Counted from the first letter of the stretch, positions 30,962 to 42,450 are shown. The stretch is DNA of 64,000 nt from an uncultured Bacilli bacterium (GCA_947591215.1 CANQCZ010000004.1:1770-65769), one strand, 5' to 3'. The notes: generated by a model not told the origin, from the letters alone. Program-made: numbers and translations.

Positions 30962-31818
30962 TTTACAGATCTCGCTTTCTCAATTTGTGCTATCAAGGAA
31001 TCAAAATCTTTTATTTCACTCAATTCCAGATTCATTCCATTAGCGATCAGTTTTTTGGCAAAAGAAATAATATGCGGTTCTTCTAAAGAAATTTCTTTTA
31101 GTAACTCTTCATCTTTAAATAATTCGCTCGGTTGTTCAATTTTAACAATCTTTGCATCTTTCATGACCACCGCACGATCGCAGTATTTTAAAACATTGTC
31201 CATATCATGTGTGATCATAATAACTGTGGTTCCACGTTCATTGATGGTCTTAAAAAGACTCATCATCTCTTTGGCACCTTGAGGATCAAGACCGGCAGTC
31301 GGTTCATCTAGCACCAAAATCTGCGGTTCCAATGCGATGATTCCCGCAATCGCGACACGTCGTTTTTGTCCTCCGCTTAACTCAAAAGGCGATTTATTGA
31401 ATAATGATTCTTCTATTCCGACTAACGATAGAGCTTTTTTAGCCTTTTCTAAAGCAACTTGTTCGCTGTCTTTAAAATTTTTAGGTCCGAAAGCAACGTC
31501 TTTTAAAACCGTTTCTTCAAATAGTTGATATTCTGGAAATTGGAAGACCAATCCGGCATACTTTCGTAATTCTTGTAATTTATTAACCTTTTTATCGGCA
31601 GCATCTATTACATAGTCGCCTACTAAAACTTTTCCTTTGCTTGGACGCAATAACGCGTTTATATGTTGAACTAAAGTCGACTTTCCACTACCGGTGTGAC
31701 CGATAATCGCGGTAAACGTTCCGTCTTTAATTTCTAAATCAATTCCATCTAAAGCCAAGTGCTCAAATGGAGTTTTCGGCAAATAAAGAAATGAGACATT
31801 TTCAAATTTTACTGACAT
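30958..31818 (-). CDS. ecfA2: ECF transporter ATPase A2
   Basis: Walker A GHTGSGKST, signature LSGGQKRRVAIAG, Walker B LVLDEPTAGLD. Confidence 0.9.
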   Translation of the reverse strand: MSVKFENVSFLYLPKTPFEHLALDGIDLEIKDGTFTAIIGHTGSGKSTLVQHINALLRPSKGKVLVGDYVIDAADKKVNKLQELRKYAGLVFQFPEYQLFEETVLKDVAFGPKNFKDSEQVALEKAKKALSLVGIEESLFNKSPFELSGGQKRRVAIAGIIALEPQILVLDEPTAGLDPQGAKEMMSLFKTINERGTTVIMITHDMDNVLKYCDRAVVMKDAKIVKIEQPSELFKDEELLKEISLEEPHIISFAKKLIANGMNLELSEIKDFDSLIAQIEKARSVK

Positions 31819-32624
31819 AAACGTCTCACCACCTCTTCTTCGTTTAAAGCATCATCGAGATCAATTCCTTTATTTTTTAGTTCTCTTTTTAAACGAACTA
31901 AAAAAGGAATATCAAGATCAATGTTTAAAAGTTCTTCATAATGAGAAAATACCTCATTAGGAATTCCATCAAACATAATTTTACCATCAGATAAAACCAC
32001 AACACGACTGGCGAGATAAGCTTCTTCAATATCGTGAGTGATTGAAATAATCGTCAAATTCGGATTATCGCCTTTCATTTTAGAAACCAACGTTAAAATT
32101 TCTTTACGACCTTTAGGATCTAACATCGCAGTCGCTTCATCAAGAATTAAAATATCCGGATTCATCGCTAAAACACCGGCTAGTGCTACCCGTTGTTTTT
32201 GGCCACCCGATAAATTGCTTGGTTCTTGATCAAGAAAGTCGAACATCCCCACTTTTTTTGAAAATTCATCGATCACATCATCCATTTTTTCTTGCGGGAT
32301 TCTCCGATTTTCTAACCCAAAAGCGATATCATCGCGAACCGTCGAACCGATAAATTGATTATCCGGATTTTGAAACACGATACCGACTTTTTCTCTTATG
32401 GTATGAATATTCTTTTCATTGACCTCGTTTTCCATCACTTTAATCGACCCGGATTTAGCTTCTAATAATCCGATGATCAATTTTGCCAAAGTCGATTTAC
32501 CGCTTCCGTTGTGACCGATAATACAAACGTGACTACCTAACTCAATTTCTAAATTAAGCTGTTTTAAAACCTCTTGATCTTTGGTATATGAAAAAGATAA
32601 ATTCTCAATTTCAATAGCTTTCAT
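31809..32624 (-). CDS. ecfA1: ECF transporter ATPase A1
   Basis: Walker A GHNGSGKST, signature LSGGQKQRVALAG, Walker B LILDEATAMLD. Confidence 0.9.
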   Translation of the reverse strand: MKAIEIENLSFSYTKDQEVLKQLNLEIELGSHVCIIGHNGSGKSTLAKLIIGLLEAKSGSIKVMENEVNEKNIHTIREKVGIVFQNPDNQFIGSTVRDDIAFGLENRRIPQEKMDDVIDEFSKKVGMFDFLDQEPSNLSGGQKQRVALAGVLAMNPDILILDEATAMLDPKGRKEILTLVSKMKGDNPNLTIISITHDIEEAYLASRVVVLSDGKIMFDGIPNEVFSHYEELLNIDLDIPFLVRLKRELKNKGIDLDDALNEEEVVRRLCQ

Positions 32625-32827
32625 CTTTTAACACCACCTTTTGGTTTGGAAAGAAAATATGCCACCACCGCATAAATGATAGTAAGTACAGCGATAACAG
32701 CGATAAAAATTAATCTTTGCCAATCTTCACTTAAATATAGATAATGATAAACCACCGAAAAAAGCGGAATGAAAATCATCAAATAAATAATGAACCATAT
32801 TACGATTTTTTTAGTCTTATCGGACAT
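32621..32827 (-). CDS. small two-TM membrane protein
   Basis: An ORF of about 68 aa (start MSDKTKK) with two hydrophobic helices. Its ends overlap the flanking genes, which suggests translational coupling. No family recognised. Confidence 0.4.
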   Translation of the reverse strand: MSDKTKKIVIWFIIYLMIFIPLFSVVYHYLYLSEDWQRLIFIAVIAVLTIIYAVVAYFLSKPKGGVKR

Positions 32828-33314
32828 GATTGAACTCCTTAACCATAATTTCAATACGACGTCCTTCATATTTTCGATATGTGATATGTGCTAGGTCAAA
32901 AAGGCGTTTTGCAGCCTTACTAGCCATACCATCAGCATATTTATCTTCGATATATATAACTTCTTTGATTCCGGATTGAATGATTGCTTTTGCGCATTCA
33001 TTGCACGGAAAAAGGGTGACGTAGATGCGACATCCTTCTAATGAACATAGCGAATTCAAAATAGCGTTGAATTCAGCGTGACACACATAAGGATATTTGG
33101 TATCTAATTCATCATCGGCTTCGCGTTCCCATGGCAAATCTTCATCATTGCAACCAATCGGCATTCCGTTATATCCCATAGTAACGACTTTATTTTGCTT
33201 TGAAGCTACGCAAGCTCCAACCTGAGTCGAAGGATCTTTGCTTCGAAGAGAAGACAAAATCGCCACTCCCATAAAATATTCATCCCACGAAATATAATCT
33301 TCACGCTTTGACAT
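32817..33314 (-). CDS. comEB: dCMP deaminase (ComEB-type)
   Basis: Zinc motifs CHAEFNAI and PCNECAKAI. Confidence 0.9.
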   Translation of the reverse strand: MSKREDYISWDEYFMGVAILSSLRSKDPSTQVGACVASKQNKVVTMGYNGMPIGCNDEDLPWEREADDELDTKYPYVCHAEFNAILNSLCSLEGCRIYVTLFPCNECAKAIIQSGIKEVIYIEDKYADGMASKAAKRLFDLAHITYRKYEGRRIEIMVKEFNHVR

Positions 33315-33433
33315 ATTATCACCGCTTTCTAATTGTCTATTTTATCATTTAATAAAAGGTTTTTAAATGATTTTACTATACAATAGCGGGATTTTACCCT
33401 TTCATAAAAATAAATATTACAGCGCATTTTTAA

Positions 33434-33472
33434 GCAACAAAAAACTGCTAAATCCTACGATTCAACAGTTTT
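33434..33472 (-). terminator. rho-independent terminator after rplQ
   Basis: Minus strand: AAAACTGTTGAATC-gtag-GATTTAGCAGTTTT (14 bp including 2 G:U pairs), running into TTTTTTGTTG. Confidence 0.65.
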
Positions 33473-33481
33473 AAATTTCTT

Positions 33482-33883
33482 TTAAGCTACAAAACTAACT
33501 AATGCCATTTGAGCATTATCACCGCGGCGACATTCGGTCTTTAACACTCTCGTGTAACCGCCATTACGATTTTCGTATCTTTTAGCGATATCATCGAAAA
33601 GTTTCTTAAGAGCGGTCGTTCCGTTTTTATCAACGACGACATTGCGAAGTTTTTGAGCCGCAAGACGGCGAGCATGCAAATCACCTTTTTTACCGAAAGT
33701 GACCATTTTATCTGCTAAAGCAGATAAGTCCTTAGCTACCGGCAAAGTAACCTCAACTTTTTCATTGGCAATCAATTCGGTAACAAGATTTCTTAACATT
33801 GCCTTGTATTTGCTAGGAGTAAATGCCGCCTTAAAACGGACACCACCCTTACCATGAACATTTTTACGTCCTTGTGTACGCAT
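33482..33883 (-). CDS. rplQ: 50S ribosomal protein L17
   Basis: KAMLRNLVTELIANEKVEVT...GGYTRVLK. Last gene of the alpha operon. Confidence 0.9.
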   Translation of the reverse strand: MRTQGRKNVHGKGGVRFKAAFTPSKYKAMLRNLVTELIANEKVEVTLPVAKDLSALADKMVTFGKKGDLHARRLAAQKLRNVVVDKNGTTALKKLFDDIAKRYENRNGGYTRVLKTECRRGDNAQMALVSFVA

Positions 33884-33896
33884 TTAACTTGTCCTC

Positions 33897-34847
33897 CTAT
33901 TCATATTCTCTGAAGCCAAGTCCGATCGCTGCAAGCTTTTCTTTGACTTCTTTTAAAGATTTCTTACCAAGATTCCTGACTTTCATCATGTCTTCTTCGG
34001 TCTTTTGAGTAAGCTCCATCACCGTAGCGATTGCTGCTCTTTTAAGACAGTTGTAAGAACGAACTGAAAGATCGAGTTCTTCAATAGTCATATCTTGATA
34101 TTTGTTCTTTGGTTCTTCAACCATTTCAGCGAGTACATCAGTAGATTTAGCCGTCTCACTCAATTCTTCAAACAACTCAAAGTGAGTAACTAAAATTTTA
34201 GCGGCTAACGCGACTGCGTCATGCGGCAACATTGACCCATTGGTCCAAACTTCTAAATCAAGTTTGTCATAATTAGAATTGTGTCCGATTCTTGTCGGGT
34301 CGACCGTATATTTTACTTTAGTAATCGGTGAATAATTTGAATCTGTCGGAATCACTCCAAGCGGTAACGATTTAGACTTATTACCTTCGGCAGTTACATA
34401 ACCTCTTCCATTACGAGCATAAATGTTCATAATCAATTTTCCAGATTCGTTGACATGAGCCAAAACCAAATCTTTGTTGACAACTTCAATACCGGCAGGG
34501 CATATAATATCCGCCGCTGTAACCACTTTTGCTTCTTGGACATTGACCATTAATTTAAAATTATTGTCGATGTCTTCATCGATTTTAAGAACTAAATCTT
34601 TTAGATTCAAAACAATATTTGTCACATCTTCTTCAATTCCGTCTAAGGCTGAGAATTCATGACGTGCTCCTTCCACTTCGATGGCATAGACACTTGCACC
34701 CGGAAGTGAAGAGAGCAATACTCTTCTTAAGGCATTTCCAATCGTCATTCCAAAACCACGTTCTAATGGTTCAATGACGAAATGACCGTAATTAGACGTT
34801 GTATCGTAACTAGCGATCTTAAATTCTGGCTTTTCAAATTTTTTCAT
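33897..34847 (-). CDS. rpoA: DNA-directed RNA polymerase alpha subunit
   Basis: GNALRRVLLSSLPG and the C-terminal domain LSVRSYNCLKRA. Confidence 0.95.
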   Translation of the reverse strand: MKKFEKPEFKIASYDTTSNYGHFVIEPLERGFGMTIGNALRRVLLSSLPGASVYAIEVEGARHEFSALDGIEEDVTNIVLNLKDLVLKIDEDIDNNFKLMVNVQEAKVVTAADIICPAGIEVVNKDLVLAHVNESGKLIMNIYARNGRGYVTAEGNKSKSLPLGVIPTDSNYSPITKVKYTVDPTRIGHNSNYDKLDLEVWTNGSMLPHDAVALAAKILVTHFELFEELSETAKSTDVLAEMVEEPKNKYQDMTIEELDLSVRSYNCLKRAAIATVMELTQKTEEDMMKVRNLGKKSLKEVKEKLAAIGLGFREYE

Positions 34848-34885
34848 AGTCTTTCCTCCCTAGTTTGATTTGTCCGTCCTAATGA

Positions 34886-35284
34886 TTAACCACGTGGACG
34901 TTTAGGTGGACGACATCCGTTATGCGGTATCGGTGTCGTATCGGTAATAACTTGAATTGTAAGCCCAGCCGCCTGTAAACTTCTAAGCGCTGATTCACGA
35001 CCTTGTCCAGGTCCTTTCACGTTAACATCGACGGTTTTTAATCCTTGATCAATCGCAGCTTTAGCACATTTTTCTGCCGCTAATTGAGCAGCGAATGGTG
35101 TTGCTTTTTTCGATCCTTTATAACCTATCGCCCCAGCAGAGCTCCAAGCGATAGCATTTCCGGCTTCATCGGTAATTGTCACAATCGTATTATTAAAGGT
35201 TGAATGAATGTGAGCAATTCCTTTAGTATAACTTCTTTTGATTTTCTTCTTACGAGTCGTAGAAGTTTTTTTTGCGTTTGCCAT
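34886..35284 (-). CDS. rpsK: 30S ribosomal protein S11
   Basis: [17 protein letters not shown]...[12 protein letters not shown]-like tail. Confidence 0.95.
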   Translation of the reverse strand: MANAKKTSTTRKKKIKRSYTKGIAHIHSTFNNTIVTITDEAGNAIAWSSAGAIGYKGSKKATPFAAQLAAEKCAKAAIDQGLKTVDVNVKGPGQGRESALRSLQAAGLTIQVITDTTPIPHNGCRPPKRPRG

Positions 35285-35303
35285 ATACTATTTACCTCAC
35301 TTT

Positions 35304-35681
35304 CTAACCTTGAGTTGCTTTCTTCTTGTTCGCAATGGTCTTTTTTGGTCCTTTACGGGTTCTCGCATTGGTTTTTGTTCTTTGACCTCGAACCGGTAAA
35401 CCTCTGCGATGTCTAATTCCGCGATAGCAGCCGATTTCGCTTAAACGTTTGATGTTTAAAGCGACATCTCTGCGAAGGTCACCTTCAGTCTTTATTTTAC
35501 TTACTTCTTTTCTAATTGCGGTAAGTTGTTCTTCTGTCAAATCTTTGACTCTTACATCTTCGCTTACTCCGGCAGCACTTAACACTTTTTTCGCAGTGGT
35601 AAGTCCGATACCATAGATGTAAGTCAACGAAACAACTACGCGTTTGTCATTGGGTATATCTACTCCAACAATACGTGCCAT
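35304..35681 (-). CDS. rpsM: 30S ribosomal protein S13
   Basis: [26 protein letters not shown]. Confidence 0.95.
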   Translation of the reverse strand: MARIVGVDIPNDKRVVVSLTYIYGIGLTTAKKVLSAAGVSEDVRVKDLTEEQLTAIRKEVSKIKTEGDLRRDVALNIKRLSEIGCYRGIRHRRGLPVRGQRTKTNARTRKGPKKTIANKKKATQG

Positions 35682-35701
35682 GTTACTTTTTCCTCCTAAA
35701 A

Positions 35702-35815
35702 TTAGCCTTGTCTTTGCTTATGCTTTGGGTTTTGGCAGATGACCATAACGCGGCCTTTTCTGCGAATAACCTTGCACTTGTCGCAAATCGGTTTTACTGA
35801 GGGTCTCACTTTCAT
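35702..35815 (-). CDS. rpmJ: 50S ribosomal protein L36
   Basis: Absent from the ORF track because it is under 60 aa. My translation is [37 protein letters not shown]. It sits between infA and rpsM. Confidence 0.95.
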   Translation of the reverse strand: MKVRPSVKPICDKCKVIRRKGRVMVICQNPKHKQRQG

Positions 35816-35838
35816 AAAATTTTCCTCCTCGTTAATTT

Positions 35839-36060
35839 TTAATCCTTATGTCGATAAGTGATTCTTCCACGTGTTAAATCATACGGCGATATTTGAACTG
35901 TAACTCTATCACCTGGTAAAATGCGAATGTAGTTCATACGGATTTTACCAGAAACGTGGGCGAGAATTACAACGTCGTTTTGTAACTTTACATTGAACAT
36001 CGCGTTCGGTAAAGTTTCAACCACTACCGCCTCAACTTCAATGACATCTTCTTTAGCCAT
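35839..36060 (-). CDS. infA: translation initiation factor IF-1
   Basis: [22 protein letters not shown]...GRITYRHK. Start at the fourth codon of the track ORF. Confidence 0.95.
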   Translation of the reverse strand: MAKEDVIEVEAVVVETLPNAMFNVKLQNDVVILAHVSGKIRMNYIRILPGDRVTVQISPYDLTRGRITYRHKD

Positions 36061-36829
36061 TCTTGACATTGTCCTCCTTGTTAGTAAGCATCGTCAGAAT
36101 TTCACAACCATCCTTAGTGATAACTATCGTATTTTCATAGTGACTTGCTAATTTTCCGTCAATTGTCTTTGCCGTCCAATTATCTTTCATAAGACGAGTT
36201 TCCTTTCGTCCTTCATGAATAATCGGTTCAATCGCAAGACACATACCTTCTTTGAGTAAAACACCATGACCTTTTTCTCCGTAATTAGGAATCGACGGAT
36301 CTTCGTGAAGACTTCTTCCGATTCCATGTCCGGTGTAATCTCTTGGAACTGAATAGCCATGCTTTTCGGCATGTTCTTGAATTGCATTTGAGATATCACC
36401 AAGGTGATTGCCGGGTTTAGCAAATTTGATTCCCTCGAAGAAACATTCCTCAGTCACTCTTACAAGATCCGCTGCTTCTTTAGAAACTTTTCCAACGAGA
36501 TAAGTTCTACAAGCATCGCCGTTATAACCATTGAGTGTCGCTCCGACATCTAAAGAAACGATATCTCCTTCTTTTAATTTTTGACTCGATGGTATCCCAT
36601 GGACCAAGACATCGTTAACCGACGTGCAAATGGCCCCTGGGAATCCATTGTAATTTTTAAAAGTTGGATAAGCACCAAAACTTCGAATAACTTCTTCTGC
36701 TTTTTTAGCGAGTTCTTTAGTTGTAATACCCGGGACAACCAATGGTTCTAAAGCTTTAAACACTTCAGCTACCACTTGGCCTGCTTCTCTCATCAATTCG
36801 ATTTCACGAGCTGATTTGATTATGATCAT
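36053..36829 (-). CDS. map: type I methionine aminopeptidase
   Basis: Metal ligands in VLVHGIP, DVGA, GYNGD, GHGIG and IEP. Confidence 0.95.
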   Translation of the reverse strand: MIIIKSAREIELMREAGQVVAEVFKALEPLVVPGITTKELAKKAEEVIRSFGAYPTFKNYNGFPGAICTSVNDVLVHGIPSSQKLKEGDIVSLDVGATLNGYNGDACRTYLVGKVSKEAADLVRVTEECFFEGIKFAKPGNHLGDISNAIQEHAEKHGYSVPRDYTGHGIGRSLHEDPSIPNYGEKGHGVLLKEGMCLAIEPIIHEGRKETRLMKDNWTAKTIDGKLASHYENTIVITKDGCEILTMLTNKEDNVKNG

Positions 36830-37483
36830 TTACTTAGCTACCTCAGATATAACTTTTTGAATGTCTTTGAAGACATCGCTTATGTCTTTCAAACCATCGA
36901 CTTCTTTGAGCAAGCCTTTTTTGTCATAGAATTCTATCAAAGGCTTAGTTTGATTTTCATAAGCATTTAATCTCACTTGCAATGATTCAATCGTATCGTC
37001 TTTGCGTTGCACAAGTTCGCTCTTACAATTGTCGCAAATTCCGTCTACCATCGGCTTTTTAAATTCGACGTGGTATGAATTGCCACATTTTGGGCAAACA
37101 CGACGTCCGGAGATGCGTTTAATTAAAGCGTCTTTTTCGCAAGTAATATTGATTACCAATTGAATCGGGCGTGAGATTTCTTGAGTTAATTTCTCTAAAG
37201 CTTCCGCTTGCGCTAAGGTGCGCGGGAAACCATCGAGAAGATAACCCTTTTGACAATCGGGTTTTGCTAATCTTTCTTTAACAAGTCCAATCGTCACTTC
37301 ATCAGGAACCAATAGTCCCTGATTAATATAAGAACTGGCGAGTTTACCGAGTTCGGTACCCTCTTTTATCGCTTCCCTAAACATATCTCCGGTAGAGATA
37401 TGCGGGATTTTGCAATATGCCAAGATCTTTTCAGATTGAGTTCCTTTGCCGGCACCGGGAGGACCCATAATAATGATATTCAT
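36830..37483 (-). CDS. adk: adenylate kinase (zinc-lid type)
   Basis: GPPGAGKGTQ and the lid CPKCGNSYH...CDNC. Confidence 0.95.
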   Translation of the reverse strand: MNIIIMGPPGAGKGTQSEKILAYCKIPHISTGDMFREAIKEGTELGKLASSYINQGLLVPDEVTIGLVKERLAKPDCQKGYLLDGFPRTLAQAEALEKLTQEISRPIQLVINITCEKDALIKRISGRRVCPKCGNSYHVEFKKPMVDGICDNCKSELVQRKDDTIESLQVRLNAYENQTKPLIEFYDKKGLLKEVDGLKDISDVFKDIQKVISEVAK

Positions 37484-37495
37484 GTTACTTACCTC

Positions 37496-38839
37496 CTAGT
37501 TAACCGAAGCATTGGATGATGCTGCCGCAAGAAGACCATTGATTTGATTCATGGTTTCAAGGGAAACACCGACGACGATGATCATTCCGGTTCCACCGAG
37601 AGCTAACGATTGAGGAACAACCTTCAATAAAGTTAAAACTACCGGTAAAGCTGCAATCAACGTCAAGGCTGTAGCACCGATGAAAGTTACTCTGTTTAAA
37701 ACTTTCTTTACGTAACGATAAGTTTCGTTACCCGGTCTTACACCCGGAATGTATGTTCCGTTCTTTTTAAAATCTTCTGCAAGACGTTCAGGATTGATCG
37801 TCAAATTAGAATAGAAGAAACTAAATAAGAAGGTTAATACGATATAGATGATAAGGCCCCATGGCATATACCAAACAGTGCCATTGATGCCAGGCATTTC
37901 AACAAGAGCCGAAGAGACGAAAATATTTAAAATATTTTGTAAGGTCGCATCAGTAGAACTTGTTGCAAAGCTAACGATTACCGCCGGAGCCATCATAATC
38001 GAACTAGCGAAGATGACAGGAATAACACCGGCAGAATTAATTTTAATCGGTAAGAAAGACGTGTTGTTAAGCTTTTGATTTAAAGCTCCACCTGTTCCGG
38101 AATGTTGTACCGGAATCTTTCTAATCGACAATTCAACAAAGGTTACAAAGACGATAATTAGAATATAAGTAATAATGTAAACACCTAACGATAAGGCACC
38201 TCTGATAATTAATTCCGAATCACCTGTAATCAATTGTTGACCGAAGAAATAAATAAAGGCGTTATATATTTGTGTCGGTAATGATGAGACAATACCGGCA
38301 AAGATGATCATCGAAATACCATTGCCGATACCCTTTGTGGTAATTTGGTCTGCCATCCACATCACGAGCATTGAACCGGCAAGAAGGATGATGACGATTT
38401 TCATATAGCCAAATAACGAGGGATCCAAAACTTCAAGCCCACTCGTATTTTCCATCGTGACCGTAATACCATACGCTTGAACAGAACCGAGCAATAATGT
38501 CAAATAACGCGTTGCCATTTCAATTTTCTTTCGACCTGTTTGCCCTTGTCGCGATAACTCGGTTAAAGCAGGAAGAACATCCATTGATAATAGCTGAATA
38601 ATAATCGATGAAGTGATATACGGCGATACTCCTAAGGCAAAGACCGAGAAGCTTTGTAAAGCTCCACCGCCTAAAAGGTTCATTAAGCCTAGAACATCAC
38701 TGTCGGTAAAACCTCCGGTGACGTTTACTCCTGGAACCGTAATCGCGGAGCCGATTCTAAAGATCAAGAAGATTCCCAAAGTAAAGAGAATTCTTCCTCT
38801 GATGTCTTTATTTTTAAGGATGGCTGCGAGTTTCTTCAT
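37496..38839 (-). CDS. secY: preprotein translocase subunit SecY
   Basis: 10-TM protein with FALGVSPYITSSIIIQLL. Confidence 0.95.
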   Translation of the reverse strand: MKKLAAILKNKDIRGRILFTLGIFLIFRIGSAITVPGVNVTGGFTDSDVLGLMNLLGGGALQSFSVFALGVSPYITSSIIIQLLSMDVLPALTELSRQGQTGRKKIEMATRYLTLLLGSVQAYGITVTMENTSGLEVLDPSLFGYMKIVIILLAGSMLVMWMADQITTKGIGNGISMIIFAGIVSSLPTQIYNAFIYFFGQQLITGDSELIIRGALSLGVYIITYILIIVFVTFVELSIRKIPVQHSGTGGALNQKLNNTSFLPIKINSAGVIPVIFASSIMMAPAVIVSFATSSTDATLQNILNIFVSSALVEMPGINGTVWYMPWGLIIYIVLTFLFSFFYSNLTINPERLAEDFKKNGTYIPGVRPGNETYRYVKKVLNRVTFIGATALTLIAALPVVLTLLKVVPQSLALGGTGMIIVVGVSLETMNQINGLLAAASSNASVN

Positions 38840-38840
38840 C

Positions 38841-39281
38841 TTAGATCACCTCGATTTTTCCACCGGCATCGACGATCGCCTTTTCGGCTGACTTCGAGAA
38901 CTTATTAGCAGAAACGGTGAGTTTCTTTTCCAAAGTTCCGTTACCTAAGATTTTCACTCCTTCGTATTCTTTGTTAACTAAACCAGCTTCTTTTAATAAA
39001 GTCGGAGTGACATTTACTCCTTCATCAAATTTATTTAAGTCGCTGACATTAACAATCGCGTAACGCACTTGACCGAAATTGGTAAATCCTCTTTTTGGTA
39101 AGCGACGATATATCGGGTTTTGTCCACCTTCAAAGCCGAGACGAACTCCGCCCCCGCTTCTAGATTTTTGACCCTTATTTCCGCTTCCACAATTCTTACC
39201 TTTTCCGCTTCCAAGGCCGCGTCCAACGCGCATTTTTTCTTTTCGTGCGCCTGGTTCGAATTTTAATTCATTAAGTTTCAT
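38841..39281 (-). CDS. rplO: 50S ribosomal protein L15
   Basis: [29 protein letters not shown]. Confidence 0.95.
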   Translation of the reverse strand: MKLNELKFEPGARKEKMRVGRGLGSGKGKNCGSGNKGQKSRSGGGVRLGFEGGQNPIYRRLPKRGFTNFGQVRYAIVNVSDLNKFDEGVNVTPTLLKEAGLVNKEYEGVKILGNGTLEKKLTVSANKFSKSAEKAIVDAGGKIEVI

Positions 39282-39292
39282 GTTGCGACCTC

Positions 39293-39886
39293 CTATTTAC
39301 GTAGCGCATTAATCTGCGCGGTAGTTTTAAGGTTATTTAAGCCGTCAACTGTTGCTCTAATGCAGTTGATTGCGGTTCTTGAGCCATAAACTTTAGAGTA
39401 GATGTTTTTAACACCGGCAAGTTCCAAAATTGCACGAACCGGGCCACCGGCGATGATTCCGGTACCATCCGGTGCCGGTTTTAAGAAAACTTTGCAAGCT
39501 CCGTATTTTCCGATAATTTCATGAGAAATTGTGCCACCTTTAACGATTGTGACGCGGCTCATGTTTCTCTTTGCCGCTTCAACCGCTTTCTTAATAGCAT
39601 CCGGTACTTCACTAGCTTTACCGGTTCCAAAACCATAGTTGCCTTTTCCGTCTCCGACAACCACTAAAGCGGCGAAACGTTGATGACGGCCACCTTTAAC
39701 CGTTTTTGAAACTCTATTAATAGCGACAACTCGTTCTTCATATTGCTTTTCAAAACGATTAGCACCCGGTTTATTTCCCGGTCTACGGCCTTGGCGTTCT
39801 GGACGATCAGAGCGGTGATTTTTTTCTTGCTTTGCAGCTGGCTTACTTTCAACTTCGGCTTCTGCAACAACTTTTTCTTCTGCCAT
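39293..39886 (-). CDS. rpsE: 30S ribosomal protein S5 with a roughly 45-aa charged N-terminal extension
   Basis: Core sequence [15 protein letters not shown]...[18 protein letters not shown], preceded by [22 protein letters not shown]... Confidence 0.93.
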   Translation of the reverse strand: MAEEKVVAEAEVESKPAAKQEKNHRSDRPERQGRRPGNKPGANRFEKQYEERVVAINRVSKTVKGGRHQRFAALVVVGDGKGNYGFGTGKASEVPDAIKKAVEAAKRNMSRVTIVKGGTISHEIIGKYGACKVFLKPAPDGTGIIAGGPVRAILELAGVKNIYSKVYGSRTAINCIRATVDGLNNLKTTAQINALRK

Positions 39887-39897
39887 TCTCGTTCCTC

Positions 39898-40254
39898 CTA
39901 GAATTCTAAGCCGTTAGCGCGAGCCGCTTCGGCTAAAGCTTTGATACGTCCATGATATAAATATCCCGAACGATCGAAAACAACCTTTTTGATTCCTTTA
40001 GCAACCGCTAATTTGGCGATTTCTTCACCAACTTTTGATGCAGCAGCGACATTTGAACCATTTTCTAATTTTAACGCTACTGAAGAGCATGCGACAAGAG
40101 TGACACCCTTATCATCATCGATCAGCTGCGCATGAATGTGAGCGTTCGAACGATAGACACTCAAGCGTGGACATTCATTAGTACCGCTTATTTTACGTCT
40201 GACACGAAGATGACGTCTCATGCGGCTAACATTTTTTGATTCTTTGTTAATCAT
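39898..40254 (-). CDS. rplR: 50S ribosomal protein L18
   Basis: [12 protein letters not shown]...[19 protein letters not shown]. Confidence 0.95.
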   Translation of the reverse strand: MINKESKNVSRMRRHLRVRRKISGTNECPRLSVYRSNAHIHAQLIDDDKGVTLVACSSVALKLENGSNVAAASKVGEEIAKLAVAKGIKKVVFDRSGYLYHGRIKALAEAARANGLEF

Positions 40255-40277
40255 AAGCTATATCCCCTTTCTTGAGC

Positions 40278-40820
40278 CTACTTCTTACCGGCACGTTTAC
40301 CTTCCTTGCGGAGGATAAATTCGCCTTTATACTTAATTCCTTTACCCTTATATGGTTCTGGTTCACGAACTGCTCTGATTAACGCAGCAGTTTGGCCGAC
40401 CGCTTGGGCATCGTATCCTTCGACAGTAATGTTTACATTGTCTGCCACAGAGATCTTTACACCGGGTTCAGGTTTTAAAACGACTTCATGAGAATAACCC
40501 ATATTGAGAACGATATCTTCACCTCTCATCGCGGCACGATAACCGATACCGACAATTTCGAGTTCTTTTTTGAACCCTTGGCTAACTCCGACAACCATAT
40601 TGTTGAGATTAGCTCTGCAGGTTCCGTGAAGTTCCTTCATTCTAATCGAATCATCGGGACGAGTAACAGTTAATACATTGCCTTCTAATTCGATTTTAAG
40701 TTCTTTCGGAAATTCTCTTTTTAAAGTACCTTTCGGTCCTTTGACTTCGACCACGTGGCCATCGATAGTAATGCTAACTCCTTCCGGGAGTACAATCGGT
40801 TTTTTACCAACTCTTGACAT
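40278..40820 (-). CDS. rplF: 50S ribosomal protein L6
   Basis: MSRVGKKPIVLPEGV...EPYKGKGIKY. Confidence 0.95.
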   Translation of the reverse strand: MSRVGKKPIVLPEGVSITIDGHVVEVKGPKGTLKREFPKELKIELEGNVLTVTRPDDSIRMKELHGTCRANLNNMVVGVSQGFKKELEIVGIGYRAAMRGEDIVLNMGYSHEVVLKPEPGVKISVADNVNITVEGYDAQAVGQTAALIRAVREPEPYKGKGIKYKGEFILRKEGKRAGKK

Positions 40821-40830
40821 ACGCTACCTC

Positions 40831-41223
40831 CTACCACACATAAGCGATAACTTCACCGCCAACGCCATTTTTGCGGGCTTGTTTATCTGTCATCACACCT
40901 TTTGAAGTTGAAACAACGGCGATGCCTAAGCCATTTAGGACGCGTGGAAGTTTATCGGCTGGAACATTGACACGAAGACCTGGTTTAGAGATTTTCTTTA
41001 AACCGGAAATCGCTCTTGCTCCTTTATAACCATATTTAAGGTTAATGGTTAAAACCTTTTTTGTTTCGCCTTCGACTTTATAGTCGACAATGAAACCTTC
41101 TTCTTTCAAAATTTCAGCAATCCGAACTTTCATGGTAGAAGAAGGCATCGAGACGTTTTCATCGCGATTTTGATTTGCATTACGAATTCTTGTAAGCATA
41201 TCGGCGATTGGATCTGTCATCAT
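40831..41223 (-). CDS. rpsH: 30S ribosomal protein S8
   Basis: [16 protein letters not shown]...GGEVIAYVW. Confidence 0.95.
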   Translation of the reverse strand: MMTDPIADMLTRIRNANQNRDENVSMPSSTMKVRIAEILKEEGFIVDYKVEGETKKVLTINLKYGYKGARAISGLKKISKPGLRVNVPADKLPRVLNGLGIAVVSTSKGVMTDKQARKNGVGGEVIAYVW

Positions 41224-41241
41224 TTTTTCATTCCTCCTATT

Positions 41242-41427
41242 CTACCAACTGGATTTTTTCATACCCGGAATCTCACCCTTATAAGCGAGTTCTCTAAGGC
41301 AGATACGGCATAAGCCGAATTTTCTAATGACTGAATGCGGACGTCCACAACGTTCACAGCGAGTGTATTCTCTGACTTTGAATTTCTGAGGACGATTGCA
41401 GCGAACAACAATTGATTTCTTTGCCAT
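41242..41427 (-). CDS. rpsN: 30S ribosomal protein S14, type Z (zinc-binding, 61 aa)
   Basis: [23 protein letters not shown], containing two CxxC pairs. Confidence 0.95.
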   Translation of the reverse strand: MAKKSIVVRCNRPQKFKVREYTRCERCGRPHSVIRKFGLCRICLRELAYKGEIPGMKKSSW

Positions 41428-41441
41428 TTTCTCTATCCTCC

Positions 41442-42116
41442 TTATTTATGGAACGGCATTCCTAACATTTCGAGAAGTGTGTAAGCTTCTTCATCGGTGT
41501 TAGCGGTCGTAACGATGACGATATCCATTCCTCTAGTCTTTGAAACTTTGTCAAAGTCAATTTCTGGGAAAATCAATTGTTCTTTGACACCTAAGGTATA
41601 ATTTCCTCGTCCGTCGAAAGCATTTTTGCTGACACCACGGAAATCTCTTACACGTGGAAGGGAAATCGTAACAAGCTTATCAAGGAATTCATACATTCTC
41701 GTTCCTCTTAAAGTAACTTTACATCCGATTGGCATTCCTTCTCTTAATTTAAAAGATGCAATTGATTTTTTAGATTTAGTAACTATCGGTTTTTGACCGG
41801 TAATTTCACTTAATTCTCGAACCGAATCATCGAGCAATTTAGAATTAGAAGTTGCATCTCCGACTCCGACATTAACAACGATTTTTTCAATGTGAGGTAC
41901 TTGCATCACTGATTTATATTGATATTTTTCAATCAAAGCTTTGACAATTTCCTCGTCATATTTTTTCTTTAAGCGAGCGACATATTTATCGCTTGATACT
42001 TTGCTAGCTTTCGGAGTTTCTTTTTTAACTTCAGCTTTTGCCTTAGGAGCCGCTTTCTTGGCTGCCGGCTTTTTCACTTCTTCAGTGGTTGCTGGTTCTT
42101 TTTTTGCTGTTGCCAT
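41442..42116 (-). CDS. rplE: 50S ribosomal protein L5 with a roughly 45-aa K/A-rich N-terminal extension
   Basis: The core starts at [14 protein letters not shown].... It is preceded by [36 protein letters not shown]. Confidence 0.93.
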   Translation of the reverse strand: MATAKKEPATTEEVKKPAAKKAAPKAKAEVKKETPKASKVSSDKYVARLKKKYDEEIVKALIEKYQYKSVMQVPHIEKIVVNVGVGDATSNSKLLDDSVRELSEITGQKPIVTKSKKSIASFKLREGMPIGCKVTLRGTRMYEFLDKLVTISLPRVRDFRGVSKNAFDGRGNYTLGVKEQLIFPEIDFDKVSKTRGMDIVIVTTANTDEEAYTLLEMLGMPFHK

Positions 42117-42130
42117 TACTCACTACCTCC

Positions 42131-42439
42131 TTAATCTAATTTCGTGTTGCTCTTTTTAGTAACACGAACTTTTTTACCATCGACAAATTGATATGAAACT
42201 CGAGTCGCTTTTTTAGCCTTGGCATCGTAAATAGCGACATTAGAAACATCGATTGGAGCATACATTTCAACACGTGAACCTTCAGCGTTGTTTTGTTTGG
42301 GTTTGCGATGTTTGATGACGGTGTTAACTCCATCGACAACGACTCTGTTTAATTTTGGGAAAGCTCTTTGAACAACTCCGACCTTTCCTTTATCCGCACC
42401 TGCGATAACGATAACTTTATCACCTTTTTTAATCTTCAT
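42131..42439 (-). CDS. rplX: 50S ribosomal protein L24
   Basis: MKIKKGDKVIVIAGADKGKVG. Confidence 0.95.
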   Translation of the reverse strand: MKIKKGDKVIVIAGADKGKVGVVQRAFPKLNRVVVDGVNTVIKHRKPKQNNAEGSRVEMYAPIDVSNVAIYDAKAKKATRVSYQFVDGKKVRVTKKSNTKLD

Positions 42440-42450
42440 GATAAACCTCC